A DNA stretch of 64,000 bases from a virus: UHGV virus genome UHGV-1558314; one strand, 5' to 3'. Of this stretch, positions 29,852-39,619 are shown in pieces. The notes below the pieces were generated by a model. The model worked only from the letters and a program-made list of their open reading frames with translations, was not told the DNA's origin and made no database searches. Position 1 is the first letter of the stretch. Every line of letters starts with the position of its first letter. The position numbers were made by a program, and so were the translations under genes.

Positions 29852-30357
29852 AACATTATGTGTTGTTGACGTGCTTGCATCTGCTCAATGCAATCATCAC
29901 CTGTTATGCACAAATACTGAGGCAACTTGTCAAGTGAAATGAGCGTGCAAATGTATGGGTCAAAGAACTTATTTGTTGATGCAAGCAAATCGTAAAATAG
30001 ACATGCTTGTTCTGCGTCAAGTCGAGTAACAACAAGTCTATTGTATCCAGGCGCGTCAAACCCGCATTTGAGCAAATGTCTACCGACATGTATGTCATTA
30101 CCCATTGTCAATGTGGCTGCAAGCATGCTGTTACATTCTACTGCAGGTTCTGAGTAATGCCAGTTAATCGATGCATATGCTGTTAACACATACATGCCAG
30201 CAACAACATCATATTCAGACTCTGCAATAATTGCCCATGTGCGCTTGCCATTATGTTCAATTTCGACAAAGTCACCTCTTGTGAATGAATCTACAAGCTT
30301 TGCAGTTATCAGATATTGCAGTTGTTCTGTGCTATTGTATTTGATGCAAGTTTTCAT
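29848..30357 (-). CDS. hypothetical protein
   Basis: 169-aa ORF. Confidence 0.4.
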   Translation of the reverse strand: MKTCIKYNSTEQLQYLITAKLVDSFTRGDFVEIEHNGKRTWAIIAESEYDVVAGMYVLTAYASINWHYSEPAVECNSMLAATLTMGNDIHVGRHLLKCGFDAPGYNRLVVTRLDAEQACLFYDLLASTNKFFDPYICTLISLDKLPQYLCITGDDCIEQMQARQQHIML

Positions 30358-30652
30358 AATCTGTCAATATAAAGCATCGTACAAGTCTTGAAATGAGTCG
30401 TTTATGACCCGTCTCAACTCGTATCATATGCTTGGTGAATAGTGGACCTGCTGCTGTTGCACAATGTCTGTCAAGGGCATTTAATACTTTGTTCATTGCA
30501 ATCAATGGGTGCAAATGACTATTCGGCCAGCATTCTTCTGCAATGTATGTCAAAATGCCATCGCCATATGACACGACTGCGCATTTATCTGCAATAAGAC
30601 GCTTCTTAGCAATCTCTGCAACTTTCTGTGTAGAACAACGCATAGCAATCAA
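30332..30652 (-). CDS. hypothetical protein
   Basis: 106-aa ORF. Confidence 0.35.
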   Translation of the reverse strand: MIAMRCSTQKVAEIAKKRLIADKCAVVSYGDGILTYIAEECWPNSHLHPLIAMNKVLNALDRHCATAAGPLFTKHMIRVETGHKRLISRLVRCFILTDYENLHQIQ

Positions 30653-32643
30653 TCATCTGCAGCATCGCCATCGAAGCCCATAAGTACTTTGCGTACATGT
30701 GCATTGCCGCCAAGCCATGCATTGATTGCATCCCATGAGTCTTCTTTAGCGACTACTTGTTCGAGTACAGGTGCAGACATAATGTCTTCAAACTCTGTAG
30801 AAGTCAATGATGCAAGACCCTTCTTATGATTGACTTCCCAGTCTTTGCTGCCGTTGAATTTGTCTGCGACTTTATTGTAATCATCATAGAAGTAGAACTT
30901 TCGTTCTTCACCAGTTTTGCGATTGTTGCAGATGATGATTGGCGTGACTACATTGTACACAAGACCCATGTCAAACAACTCAGGCCAGAACTTGTAGAAG
31001 AACAGCTGCAACAATGATGAAATGCTGTAGCCATCAACATCAGCATCGGTCAAAATGCAAATCTTGCCATAGCGCAATTTACGTGGGTCTGCTTTTTCAT
31101 TGAATCGCAAGCCAAGTGACTGCATCAAACCAGCAATTTCAGGCTTTTCTATGAGTTTCTTTGGATTGTCATAGTAGCAATTGCCGATTGACTTACCACG
31201 AATACAGTAGAAGCCTTGTGTAAGCGCGTTTCGATTGACTCGAATACCTTGTGATGCAGAATCACCTTCTACAATGAACAGCATGCATTCATTACGATTT
31301 GTCTTTTGTGCAGCATCTACAAGTTTATTGACGTGAAACTGCTTTGTCTTGACTTCAAGTTTCTTATTGAGCTCCTTGGCTTCTTTGGCTTTCTCTTTCT
31401 CTTCTTCAATCTGTTTCTTGATTTTGCAGTCCATCAAGATGCGGTCAAGAATTTCAGTTTTTGTCAAGTATTTCTTGAGCTTATCTGAAATGAGAATTGG
31501 AAAGCCGAACTTTTGCGTCTTTGTAGCTAATTTGTCTTTGACCTGCGCATCGAATTCAGGATTAGGAATTTTCCACATTGACAAGATTGACATGTGCTTG
31601 AACACGTCTTTCTTTGCTGGTTCAAATCCATATTTGTTTTTGATGTGGCCAATCAAAAAGTCTGCACATACATTCGCAATGAAGTCCATATGCGTGCCAT
31701 AGTCACATCTAATTGAGTTGACTATTGCAAAGCTTTCAAAGAAGCCTGCTCTGCTTGGGCCAATCTCGAAACTGTAGTTCTCGTTTTCATCACCACGAAA
31801 TTCTTTGGTGTGTTCCCACAAGTCTTTGTACTCCCAGAAGTGTTTGAACTTGAACTCATAGTTTTCACCAGTGACTTCATTGTGCCATTCAACTACAAGT
31901 GGATTGTTCACATCACAACCCATGACTGCGACTTCAATTGCTCGTGACAACCACTTGTCTACAGTGTCATCTGGAATATGGTCAAGCGGCGCTGCGTTAA
32001 TCCACTCCCATCTACCAAGGTCAAGATGCGCCTCGATGTATGTAAAGTGTTCAGACTTACGACATTTGCTGACTTTTGCATCATCATGTCGACCCATATT
32101 GTCATACCAGCAAATTTCAAGTTTTTTGCCATCTTTTGCTGTGATGACTTTGAATGACTTAGACATCACATTGACAAGTGATGCACCAAGCCCATTAGTG
32201 CCAGACAATGCGCCGCGGTCAGCAACAAAATTTGAACCAGACCTCAATGAGCCAAACACCATCTGCGGTATGTACTCATTGTACTCTGGATGCATCACTA
32301 CAGGAATACCACCGTTGTCCCATACTGCAAGCTTGCCTGTTTTAGGATTGACTGTGACTGATATGCGATTGACTACTTCTTGTGCATGACTTTGAATGTT
32401 ACGTTGACGCTCATCAAAACTGTTATTTATGCACTCATTAAACATTGTGTTCAAGCCAATTGACTGATATGTGTCATAGACACGTCGAATCGGTCTTTCA
32501 GCATCTTCATATGGACGATACAACTCACATTCTTGTTCCGCAAGAAATTCAAGCGAACCTATGTACATGCCAGGCTTCAGTAGACAATGCTCGCGCGATG
32601 AAAGTTTTTTGAATTTTTCTGTCAGATTGTTTATGTCAGACAT
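30649..32643 (-). CDS. DNA topoisomerase II, ATPase/TOPRIM subunit (GyrB / gp39-like)
   Basis: GHKL ATPase-like N-terminus, GLGASLVNVMS, TOPRIM motif MLFIVEGDSASQG; start taken at MSDINNL (ATG at 32643), downstream of the promoter-like motif at about 32680. Confidence 0.85.
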   Translation of the reverse strand: MSDINNLTEKFKKLSSREHCLLKPGMYIGSLEFLAEQECELYRPYEDAERPIRRVYDTYQSIGLNTMFNECINNSFDERQRNIQSHAQEVVNRISVTVNPKTGKLAVWDNGGIPVVMHPEYNEYIPQMVFGSLRSGSNFVADRGALSGTNGLGASLVNVMSKSFKVITAKDGKKLEICWYDNMGRHDDAKVSKCRKSEHFTYIEAHLDLGRWEWINAAPLDHIPDDTVDKWLSRAIEVAVMGCDVNNPLVVEWHNEVTGENYEFKFKHFWEYKDLWEHTKEFRGDENENYSFEIGPSRAGFFESFAIVNSIRCDYGTHMDFIANVCADFLIGHIKNKYGFEPAKKDVFKHMSILSMWKIPNPEFDAQVKDKLATKTQKFGFPILISDKLKKYLTKTEILDRILMDCKIKKQIEEEKEKAKEAKELNKKLEVKTKQFHVNKLVDAAQKTNRNECMLFIVEGDSASQGIRVNRNALTQGFYCIRGKSIGNCYYDNPKKLIEKPEIAGLMQSLGLRFNEKADPRKLRYGKICILTDADVDGYSISSLLQLFFYKFWPELFDMGLVYNVVTPIIICNNRKTGEERKFYFYDDYNKVADKFNGSKDWEVNHKKGLASLTSTEFEDIMSAPVLEQVVAKEDSWDAINAWLGGNAHVRKVLMGFDGDAADD

Positions 32644-32830
32644 ATCTGTAAATTGAGATGTTTGTATATGTATATTGTACAACAAGAATGCAAAACTTGC
32701 ACTGAAAATATACACATTTTCACATAACAGCAAGCATAATGCCAAGCACTACTGCAAGACATATCAAACCTATGCCAAGAACAATAAAGTCCAGTATAGA
32801 ATACGTGTCATTAGACTGTTTCATAAGTAG

Positions 32831-33757
32831 TTATCGCAATTGATTCTTTGCAATGAATGCATTGATGTGCTCTGGCTTGCATACAGCACGATAGTAGAGT
32901 TCAAATACTCGTTTAGCAGATGGCAATTTGCATGCAGTCAAATCTTTATCTTGCATTACAACACCAGTAATGTACTTAATGTCATGCAGCTCAATGTCTG
33001 AACAATGATGCTTTGCTGCAAACTCAAATGCTTGCTTAACAATTTTTGAGCATTCTGCTGTAGTACATTGCTGAAATGCTGCACAAAACTCTGCATAAGT
33101 GCTGCAGTCATTTTGCAGATGTAATGTAACAGATGATTTCAACATTGCTTCTGTTAAGTACTTTGGCAGCTTGCACAAAAATTTGACATATCTGCACTTG
33201 TCATCTGTCACATGCACATAGCCAGACACTGCAAGCATTCTAACATATCGAACAAGTTCTCTATGCTGTAGCACTGTGCGCAATATGACATTGTTTTGCA
33301 GCAAAATCTCATTGTCAACTGTGCAGTTAAGTGGCAATGTATTGTATGCTACTTTAAGATATGATAGCTTCGTTAATTGTTGTAAGCCATCATAGCCAAC
33401 AAAATCTGCTGGCACAATCAGTGGCAGACTGGCAACAACTTGTCGATTATTTCTGTCAACAATTGTGATTGCTGGGTTTTGCAAGTCAAGCACAGATTTT
33501 GAGCAAAACACTTGCATTGTGTCTTGAACTATGACAAATCCGAAGTTCTTGCACAATTGCATATTGCATGTACGAGCTTCTGCTGCGCTAATTGTTGCAA
33601 TGGGCAATCGTTTGTCGCTACACACATGCATTGGAGTTGGCCATATTGGGTCTGCTCTCAATACAAACACGTGTTTATTGCGGTCATATATTGCAGCAAA
33701 ATCTGCAAGATTGCTGATGTATCTTAAAGTAGTGTTACAAATCCCATTCATATGCAT
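32831..33757 (-). CDS. hypothetical protein
   Basis: ORF track gives 32831..33973 but that overlaps the upstream gene by about 240 nt; internal start more likely. Confidence 0.4.
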   Translation of the reverse strand: MHMNGICNTTLRYISNLADFAAIYDRNKHVFVLRADPIWPTPMHVCSDKRLPIATISAAEARTCNMQLCKNFGFVIVQDTMQVFCSKSVLDLQNPAITIVDRNNRQVVASLPLIVPADFVGYDGLQQLTKLSYLKVAYNTLPLNCTVDNEILLQNNVILRTVLQHRELVRYVRMLAVSGYVHVTDDKCRYVKFLCKLPKYLTEAMLKSSVTLHLQNDCSTYAEFCAAFQQCTTAECSKIVKQAFEFAAKHHCSDIELHDIKYITGVVMQDKDLTACKLPSAKRVFELYYRAVCKPEHINAFIAKNQLR

Positions 33758-34568
33758 TGTCTTGTACAGGTCCGCTAATTTGAACATCGAGGCCAAAGCG
33801 CTCAAGATAGCCATCGCAGAAATCAAGCCCATATTTGTTGCACTGTCTGAATGCATACTGGAACTTATCCAAGATTGCCCATAGATAAGGCTTTGAGCCT
33901 TCTGTGGGATATCCACCCTTTCTGTAATGCCACCAGCGCATGATATCATGAAACTCCCAATCTTCTGCTTCACATTCTACTGTAAAGCAGTCATGATATT
34001 TTGCCATCTGAGGCCAGAGTTCAGTATTGATGCGTTGACGAGTTGCTGCGCAGTCATCAAGCAACTCAAGAAACTCTTCAGGCGCATCAATCATGGGCAG
34101 ATTTGCTTCATTGACATCGATTTCTGCATCATTCGACAGCAGCTTTGTGATACGACCATTGTGCTCCGCGATGTCCTCGTAGACTTTTTTGCGTGTTGCA
34201 TCCATAGTCGCAGTCCACTTCGTGCCCTCTTCAATTTTCGGAAGTTGCTTGTCTTTGTTTTCGTTCCATTCAGGTGACTGGTCGAATATCGCCTTGCGAC
34301 GAATGTCTACAAGCTCCAAAAAGAAGGGCTTCGTCAACATAACAGCGTCACCCAGAATTTCTTTTGCTTGTTCAAAGCCCTCAATTTTGATTGAGTCTGC
34401 TGCAGCACAAATCTGCTCCTGAATTTTGTCTGCAGCTTCAAGAATGATGCGAGCTTTTGTTTTGATGTCATAAGATGCAGAATGTAAGCCAAGCTGCTCT
34501 GCGATTTCTACGGAATTTTGAAGACGAGCCTGCATGGCTTCTTCATTGTTCTTCTTTCCTCGTGCCAT
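33735..34568 (-). CDS. hypothetical protein
   Basis: 277-aa ORF. Confidence 0.5.
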   Translation of the reverse strand: MARGKKNNEEAMQARLQNSVEIAEQLGLHSASYDIKTKARIILEAADKIQEQICAAADSIKIEGFEQAKEILGDAVMLTKPFFLELVDIRRKAIFDQSPEWNENKDKQLPKIEEGTKWTATMDATRKKVYEDIAEHNGRITKLLSNDAEIDVNEANLPMIDAPEEFLELLDDCAATRQRINTELWPQMAKYHDCFTVECEAEDWEFHDIMRWWHYRKGGYPTEGSKPYLWAILDKFQYAFRQCNKYGLDFCDGYLERFGLDVQISGPVQDNAYEWDL

Positions 34569-35111
34569 AATATTGTTGTTTTGCTATATGAGACTTGTTA
34601 TGACTTCAAGCACATGTTCTTTTGAATAGCACTTATCAAACTTATGCTTGAAGTCAATTAGTGACTCAAGCTTTGTTAAGTACCATTGATTGTCATACTT
34701 GAACCAGACTCGAGCATTTGCCGAACATATTGCATGCATTGCAGCATTCTGGTCTTCTTCAGGATTACGTCACTTAGACCCAAAGTAATATTGCAATGTA
34801 ATGCCACATTTATGAATTTCGTGCAATTTCATTTTTATGCTTACTAAAATGTTAACTGTAATGACTTGATATTGACGCATTCAATTTTTAACATGACAAG
34901 CTTATCATGTGCAGCCATTGCGTCATATTTGATGTTTGCAATTTCAAGCTTCTGTGCAATTTTGTATGCAGAGACGCCATCAGTAGATATGCAGATACAG
35001 TTGCCAATGACTACATTTGCTGCATCTGTTATGTTAACTTTGCATGCATTATCATTGTTATCAATGACTTCTATGCATTTGATTGAGCTAAAGTCCATAT
35101 TGCGAATGCTT

Positions 35112-35342
35112 TTATTGTGCTGATTTTGCTACATTTGCATATACCATGCCATGACAGCATGGGCATGTCCAATATGCTTCGGGTTCTTCATATGCAGGAC
35201 CTGGTATAGGATTGCCAAGCGTCATGTGTAAATCAGAAGCTTCGATTTCTATAATAGAATTGCACATATAGCAGACCTTTCTGCCAAGTCGTTTATCTAT
35301 TTGTTGCGTAGGTGCTTTGTAGTTGTTTTCAATGATTTTCAT
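35112..35342 (-). CDS. hypothetical zinc-finger protein
   Basis: CYMC ... CPCC Cys pairs. Confidence 0.35.
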   Translation of the reverse strand: MKIIENNYKAPTQQIDKRLGRKVCYMCNSIIEIEASDLHMTLGNPIPGPAYEEPEAYWTCPCCHGMVYANVAKSAQ

Positions 35343-35574
35343 AGATGTAGAGGTTTAGTATATTTGATAGTATATTATTTATAGATATATAATACTACAC
35401 ACTTGCAGATTTTGCACTTAGTTGATAAATAATTTGTAAACATTTTCACAAACTTTTAACAGCTCTTTCGCTTATGAAAACTACTCAACTCTGGTTTGAA
35501 CGCCAGCAGTCAATCGCGGGTGGGCTCTTCGTGCTCCTATCACTACTATTGATGTCAGACTGTATGACTATGAT

Positions 35575-36225
35575 ATGCCGACAAAGGCATACACGACTGG
35601 GACTCATAGCATCGTAGTATACTATGATGGCGGAATTGTTGCAAATGGCAACACACAAAATGGGCGTTGGTACTCATCTCGACTTCAGCTTCAGCAATCA
35701 AAGGGCGCAGTTATCACTATAGCATTGCAAGATGCAAGCATTAGCGGCGTTGGTTGTGCTACTGTGTCATTTTACGCAGATGATGCAAAGATACAAAATG
35801 GCACTATGCATGTCAAACTATATTGTCGTACACAATATGAGTTTGTATGGCCACAAGCATACATGACTCAGTATGTGAATGATTTAATGTATGCTGTTTA
35901 TGTAGAGCCAAGTGACGTAAGATTTAATACAAGAGCTTTTGTCAATTGTTGCGGTTGTGGTCAAGCATTGACTGACAACTTTAATGGAGAACTCTGGGAT
36001 AATGGCTATTCAATTGAAGACACTGACATTATGCAAGCTGACGCAGACGAATGGTGGCCAATGATTAGTAATGCCTATGCAGAATTTCCATACACTGTCA
36101 TAGCATCAAACATTCCGGAAGAGTCTATGGCATCTGGACTTGCAGCTTTTCTGCAAAGTGCTGGTGTTGGCAGTGTTTTCTATGTACAAGCATTGCAGCT
36201 TGGTGAACTTGTAAGTTCATTTTAG
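35575..36225 (+). CDS. hypothetical protein (isolated plus-strand gene)
   Basis: 216-aa ORF on the opposite strand to all neighbours, followed directly by a strong bidirectional terminator. Confidence 0.5.
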   Translation: MPTKAYTTGTHSIVVYYDGGIVANGNTQNGRWYSSRLQLQQSKGAVITIALQDASISGVGCATVSFYADDAKIQNGTMHVKLYCRTQYEFVWPQAYMTQYVNDLMYAVYVEPSDVRFNTRAFVNCCGCGQALTDNFNGELWDNGYSIEDTDIMQADADEWWPMISNAYAEFPYTVIASNIPEESMASGLAAFLQSAGVGSVFYVQALQLGELVSSF

Positions 36226-36242
36226 ACTGTAGCATGATACAA

Positions 36243-36287
36243 AAAGAAAGCCGAACTGAATTTCAGTTCGGCTTTCTTTTTTGCATA
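36243..36287. terminator. bidirectional rho-independent terminator
   Basis: About 15-bp perfect stem agaaagccgaactgaa / ttcagttcggctttct flanked by A-run and T-run between convergent genes. Confidence 0.65.
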
Positions 36288-36300
36288 CGCTTATGCTATG

Positions 36301-39300
36301 TTAGAACAGAGCAATGATGTTGTCAACAAACATAAAGCACTTTTGCAGCAATTCAGCTGTCGGCGTCATCTCATATGCTTTGCCATCATACATAAATCGC
36401 ACAGTGACAATGGGTGACACTTCGTCTTTGAATGCAAGCACAGGAACATCTACACCTGCAGTCAATTGCACTTCAACATCCTTGTCAGCTGCTACATCTT
36501 TAGCAATCACTGCAATATCTTGACAACGACCAGCAGCTACTGCATATCTAACGTTTGTCAATGTAGCAGACATGTCAGCAAGAGCTTGCATGATTTGCTG
36601 TTGAGTAAATTGCTCAACCGACTTCTTTGCAGCCTTGACAGCTTCGATATCTTGCGTATTTGCAAGAATCAATGCTACCACTGCAGGGTCAGAAGTAGTC
36701 CACCAACGACCATCAATTGCAAGCCACAGTCGATTGCCATTGACGTCAATTGCATATGCATATTGAGTGTTTGGCGCCAATGTGACTTTTCGAGTGTTCT
36801 TTAAGAACTCTGCTGCATCAGGTGCTGCAACAATGTTCTTGACAAATGACGGCAGCATTTCAGCTTCAAATGTTTGTGTAGCTTCAAAGACACCGCCACG
36901 TGCATCGTCATCAATTCTGCCTGCAAAGCGTTTGCAGATTTGAATGATTGTAGCCATGCCTACTGTTGGAACGACTTGACGTTTCATTGCAGGCATTTGC
37001 AGAGGCATTGTATCTTGCGCAATGTACAATGATGTCGCATCAACAGTGTCAAGTACTCGTGCAATGTCTGCAGTATCAACAATTACAAACCAGTCGCCAT
37101 CATGGCAGACAATGAGTTGCTTGCTGTCATTTGCATATGTCAGCAATACTGCAATGTCATTTTTGATTGAGATTGCAGGAATCCATGCTTGTTGCAGAGG
37201 TAAGTCAAGATTTGGTGTGCCGCATGGATAAAGCGCAGATGGCTGCATAATTGAGCGGCAATCAAAACCTATTGAACTTACAAGCTGCAGAACTTCGCCA
37301 CGAATGCAAGCATTACTTTGATTCTGTGTCATGTCATATGCAAGCCAACTGCAAATTGCTTTGATTGATGACACTGGAAATGCTACGCCAATTGTGCTGT
37401 ATGCAATCTTGCCGTCTGCTGACAATGACTCATCAACTGCAATGCCAGCATCATTGAACAATGACATATCAATTGAACAATGGAATTCGCCACCAGGCAT
37501 TGGACCTGCAGCAATGCCATAGCCATGACCAAGTGACAGCCATTCTTTCATTGCATCTGAATTGTATGACGAGAACTTGTACAGCACATATGACTTATGC
37601 GGGTCACTAACTGACTTGCGAATCTCCATCTTGGCGCCTGCTTTCTTTGCAATTGCTTTAATGTTATCGGCATGCTTTTTTGCCTCAGACTTGTCAAATT
37701 TGCCTTCATCAAGTTGAGCAATCTTGCCAAGCGCATAAGCAGTCCATGCAATTAACAATTGATTCAGTGCACCAACTTCTGACCACGACTTTTCTGCAAA
37801 CCATGAGCCAAGACCAGATTTGTCAAGGGTTTCTTTGCGTTCAGCTTTTGTTGTGCTGTCCCACCACTTGCCAGTCGCAGGCAATACAATGTCTTTGATT
37901 TGCTCCTTACGAAGCTCATTGACACCAATTTTGCCCTCATGAACATGCGCATTTGCATGATATGCTCTAAGAGCAGCCAACGCAGCATCATATGAGTCAT
38001 AGTCTTGCGGCCAGAATTCCCCATTCTTGCCAATGATGCCCCATACACCCTTTGACTTTTCTTGGATGACAGAGTCTTTGTCACCGGCAGCTTCATTGAC
38101 AAATGCCGTGTTAAGATATGCAATGACATGCTGAAGCTCTTTGTCGTCTGCAGACTCATTGACGTTCTTAGCGTAATCACCAAGAATTGATTCAACTTTG
38201 CCACGCAAATTGCTTGGCATATCATCAAGGTCAAGATTGCCGTACTTCGTAACTTCTGGTTGAGACAATCCAAGCAATTTCAACACCTTATCGCGGTACT
38301 TATTTGCAAGCTTCTTCCAAATCCAGCGGAATGTTACAGCGCCAATCAAGAATTTGATGAGGCCCTCATCAAGTACATGTTGTTCACGCAAATATGCTGT
38401 AATGCATGAACGTTGACCATCAGTCAAGTCAACCCACATTTTATCAAGCAATATTGAATCTGGGTTGCTTGCAATGCCAGCGCCGCTGCGGTTGTACACA
38501 TTCATTCTGTCAATTGCTGGTGTTGCGTCATTGTCCCACCAAGCTTGTGCATATGAACATCCAGCAGGATTTGAGATTGCTTCATTAATGTACATGACAT
38601 TGAAGATTTCGCAAAGACGCTTGCGACATTCAGGTGACATAACTTGCCATTGTGTTGCAATTTTGTCTTCTGACCACTGCAACAGCATGTCTGCAAATTC
38701 TTTACCTGCGCATTGCTCAACTGCACCATGTTTCGAACGCCAATAATTGTCAGGCTCAATTTGTGCAATTGCATGAACAAATGAAGTCAGATTGTATGAC
38801 GCAGATTCGCAAATGCAATGCTGTTCAATGTAGCTACGAACAGCAAGTGCAGTGTCTTCCGGCAAGTTGCTATATGGTGACTCATAGATGTTTGCTTGCT
38901 GATTGAGCATATGTGGAGCAACTTCTGCAATGATTTGTTTGCGAACATTCAATGGCCATGCATTCCATGAAGATTCTACAGATTCATCAAGATGCATGCC
39001 AATTGCATCCATAACTGCATCAGCATCTTTGCCCGACAGTTCGTCAAACAATTTGTCTACTACTGCATAATCATATCGCAAATTTGGCTGAGCCTTTGCA
39101 AGAGCGTCCATCATTGCTTTGCGTTCTTGTTTTGACGCATTATTCCATGTGCCAGCATACAATTCTGCTGTCGCGCTTTCACAGACAATATCTGCAGCAG
39201 CATATGCTTGCTTCATAATGTCCATGAAGATTGACTTCATTTTTGGATGCATCACATGATACTTTTCATTGTAGATGTCAAGTACGCCATAAACATCTTT

Positions 39301-39507
39301 CAATGGTCGAATGCTTTCTGATGAGCCGAATGATGGCTTCAAAATTGAATTGCATACACGTTCAACGGTGCCACGCATAAACTTGACATCACTTCGCTTG
39401 TCACTGATAGACATAAATGCATCAATGACAGACTTGATGTTGTCATCTGCAGCTTCATTGACAAAGCCTACTGGTCGACCGCCAAACTTGTTTGTTTGTG
39501 TTGTCAT
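36301..39507 (-). CDS. large hypothetical protein (1068 aa)
   Basis: Long uninterrupted ORF; no recognisable catalytic motif by eye. Confidence 0.55.
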   Translation of the reverse strand: MTTQTNKFGGRPVGFVNEAADDNIKSVIDAFMSISDKRSDVKFMRGTVERVCNSILKPSFGSSESIRPLKDVYGVLDIYNEKYHVMHPKMKSIFMDIMKQAYAAADIVCESATAELYAGTWNNASKQERKAMMDALAKAQPNLRYDYAVVDKLFDELSGKDADAVMDAIGMHLDESVESSWNAWPLNVRKQIIAEVAPHMLNQQANIYESPYSNLPEDTALAVRSYIEQHCICESASYNLTSFVHAIAQIEPDNYWRSKHGAVEQCAGKEFADMLLQWSEDKIATQWQVMSPECRKRLCEIFNVMYINEAISNPAGCSYAQAWWDNDATPAIDRMNVYNRSGAGIASNPDSILLDKMWVDLTDGQRSCITAYLREQHVLDEGLIKFLIGAVTFRWIWKKLANKYRDKVLKLLGLSQPEVTKYGNLDLDDMPSNLRGKVESILGDYAKNVNESADDKELQHVIAYLNTAFVNEAAGDKDSVIQEKSKGVWGIIGKNGEFWPQDYDSYDAALAALRAYHANAHVHEGKIGVNELRKEQIKDIVLPATGKWWDSTTKAERKETLDKSGLGSWFAEKSWSEVGALNQLLIAWTAYALGKIAQLDEGKFDKSEAKKHADNIKAIAKKAGAKMEIRKSVSDPHKSYVLYKFSSYNSDAMKEWLSLGHGYGIAAGPMPGGEFHCSIDMSLFNDAGIAVDESLSADGKIAYSTIGVAFPVSSIKAICSWLAYDMTQNQSNACIRGEVLQLVSSIGFDCRSIMQPSALYPCGTPNLDLPLQQAWIPAISIKNDIAVLLTYANDSKQLIVCHDGDWFVIVDTADIARVLDTVDATSLYIAQDTMPLQMPAMKRQVVPTVGMATIIQICKRFAGRIDDDARGGVFEATQTFEAEMLPSFVKNIVAAPDAAEFLKNTRKVTLAPNTQYAYAIDVNGNRLWLAIDGRWWTTSDPAVVALILANTQDIEAVKAAKKSVEQFTQQQIMQALADMSATLTNVRYAVAAGRCQDIAVIAKDVAADKDVEVQLTAGVDVPVLAFKDEVSPIVTVRFMYDGKAYEMTPTAELLQKCFMFVDNIIALF

Positions 39508-39570
39508 ATATCAACTATTTTGATTGTCAATCAATTGATTTGTTTGTTATATGTATGCAACAATGCAAAA

Positions 39571-39605
39571 TGAACCTGCAAATTTCTTCGCAGGTTCATT
39601 TTGAG
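39571..39605 (-). terminator. hairpin terminator downstream of the ribonucleotide reductase gene
   Basis: Stem aatgaacctgc / gcaggttcatt with about 10-nt loop, T-rich tail on the minus strand. Confidence 0.5.
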
Positions 39606-39619
39606 TGTGTCATGCAACA

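Noticed and set aside
32644-32745. Longer N-terminus for the topoisomerase II large subunit (MALCLLLC...)
   Set aside because: The extension covers the promoter-like motif at about 32680 and is hydrophobic and unconserved-looking. The ATG at 32643 (MSDINNL) fits the motif spacing.
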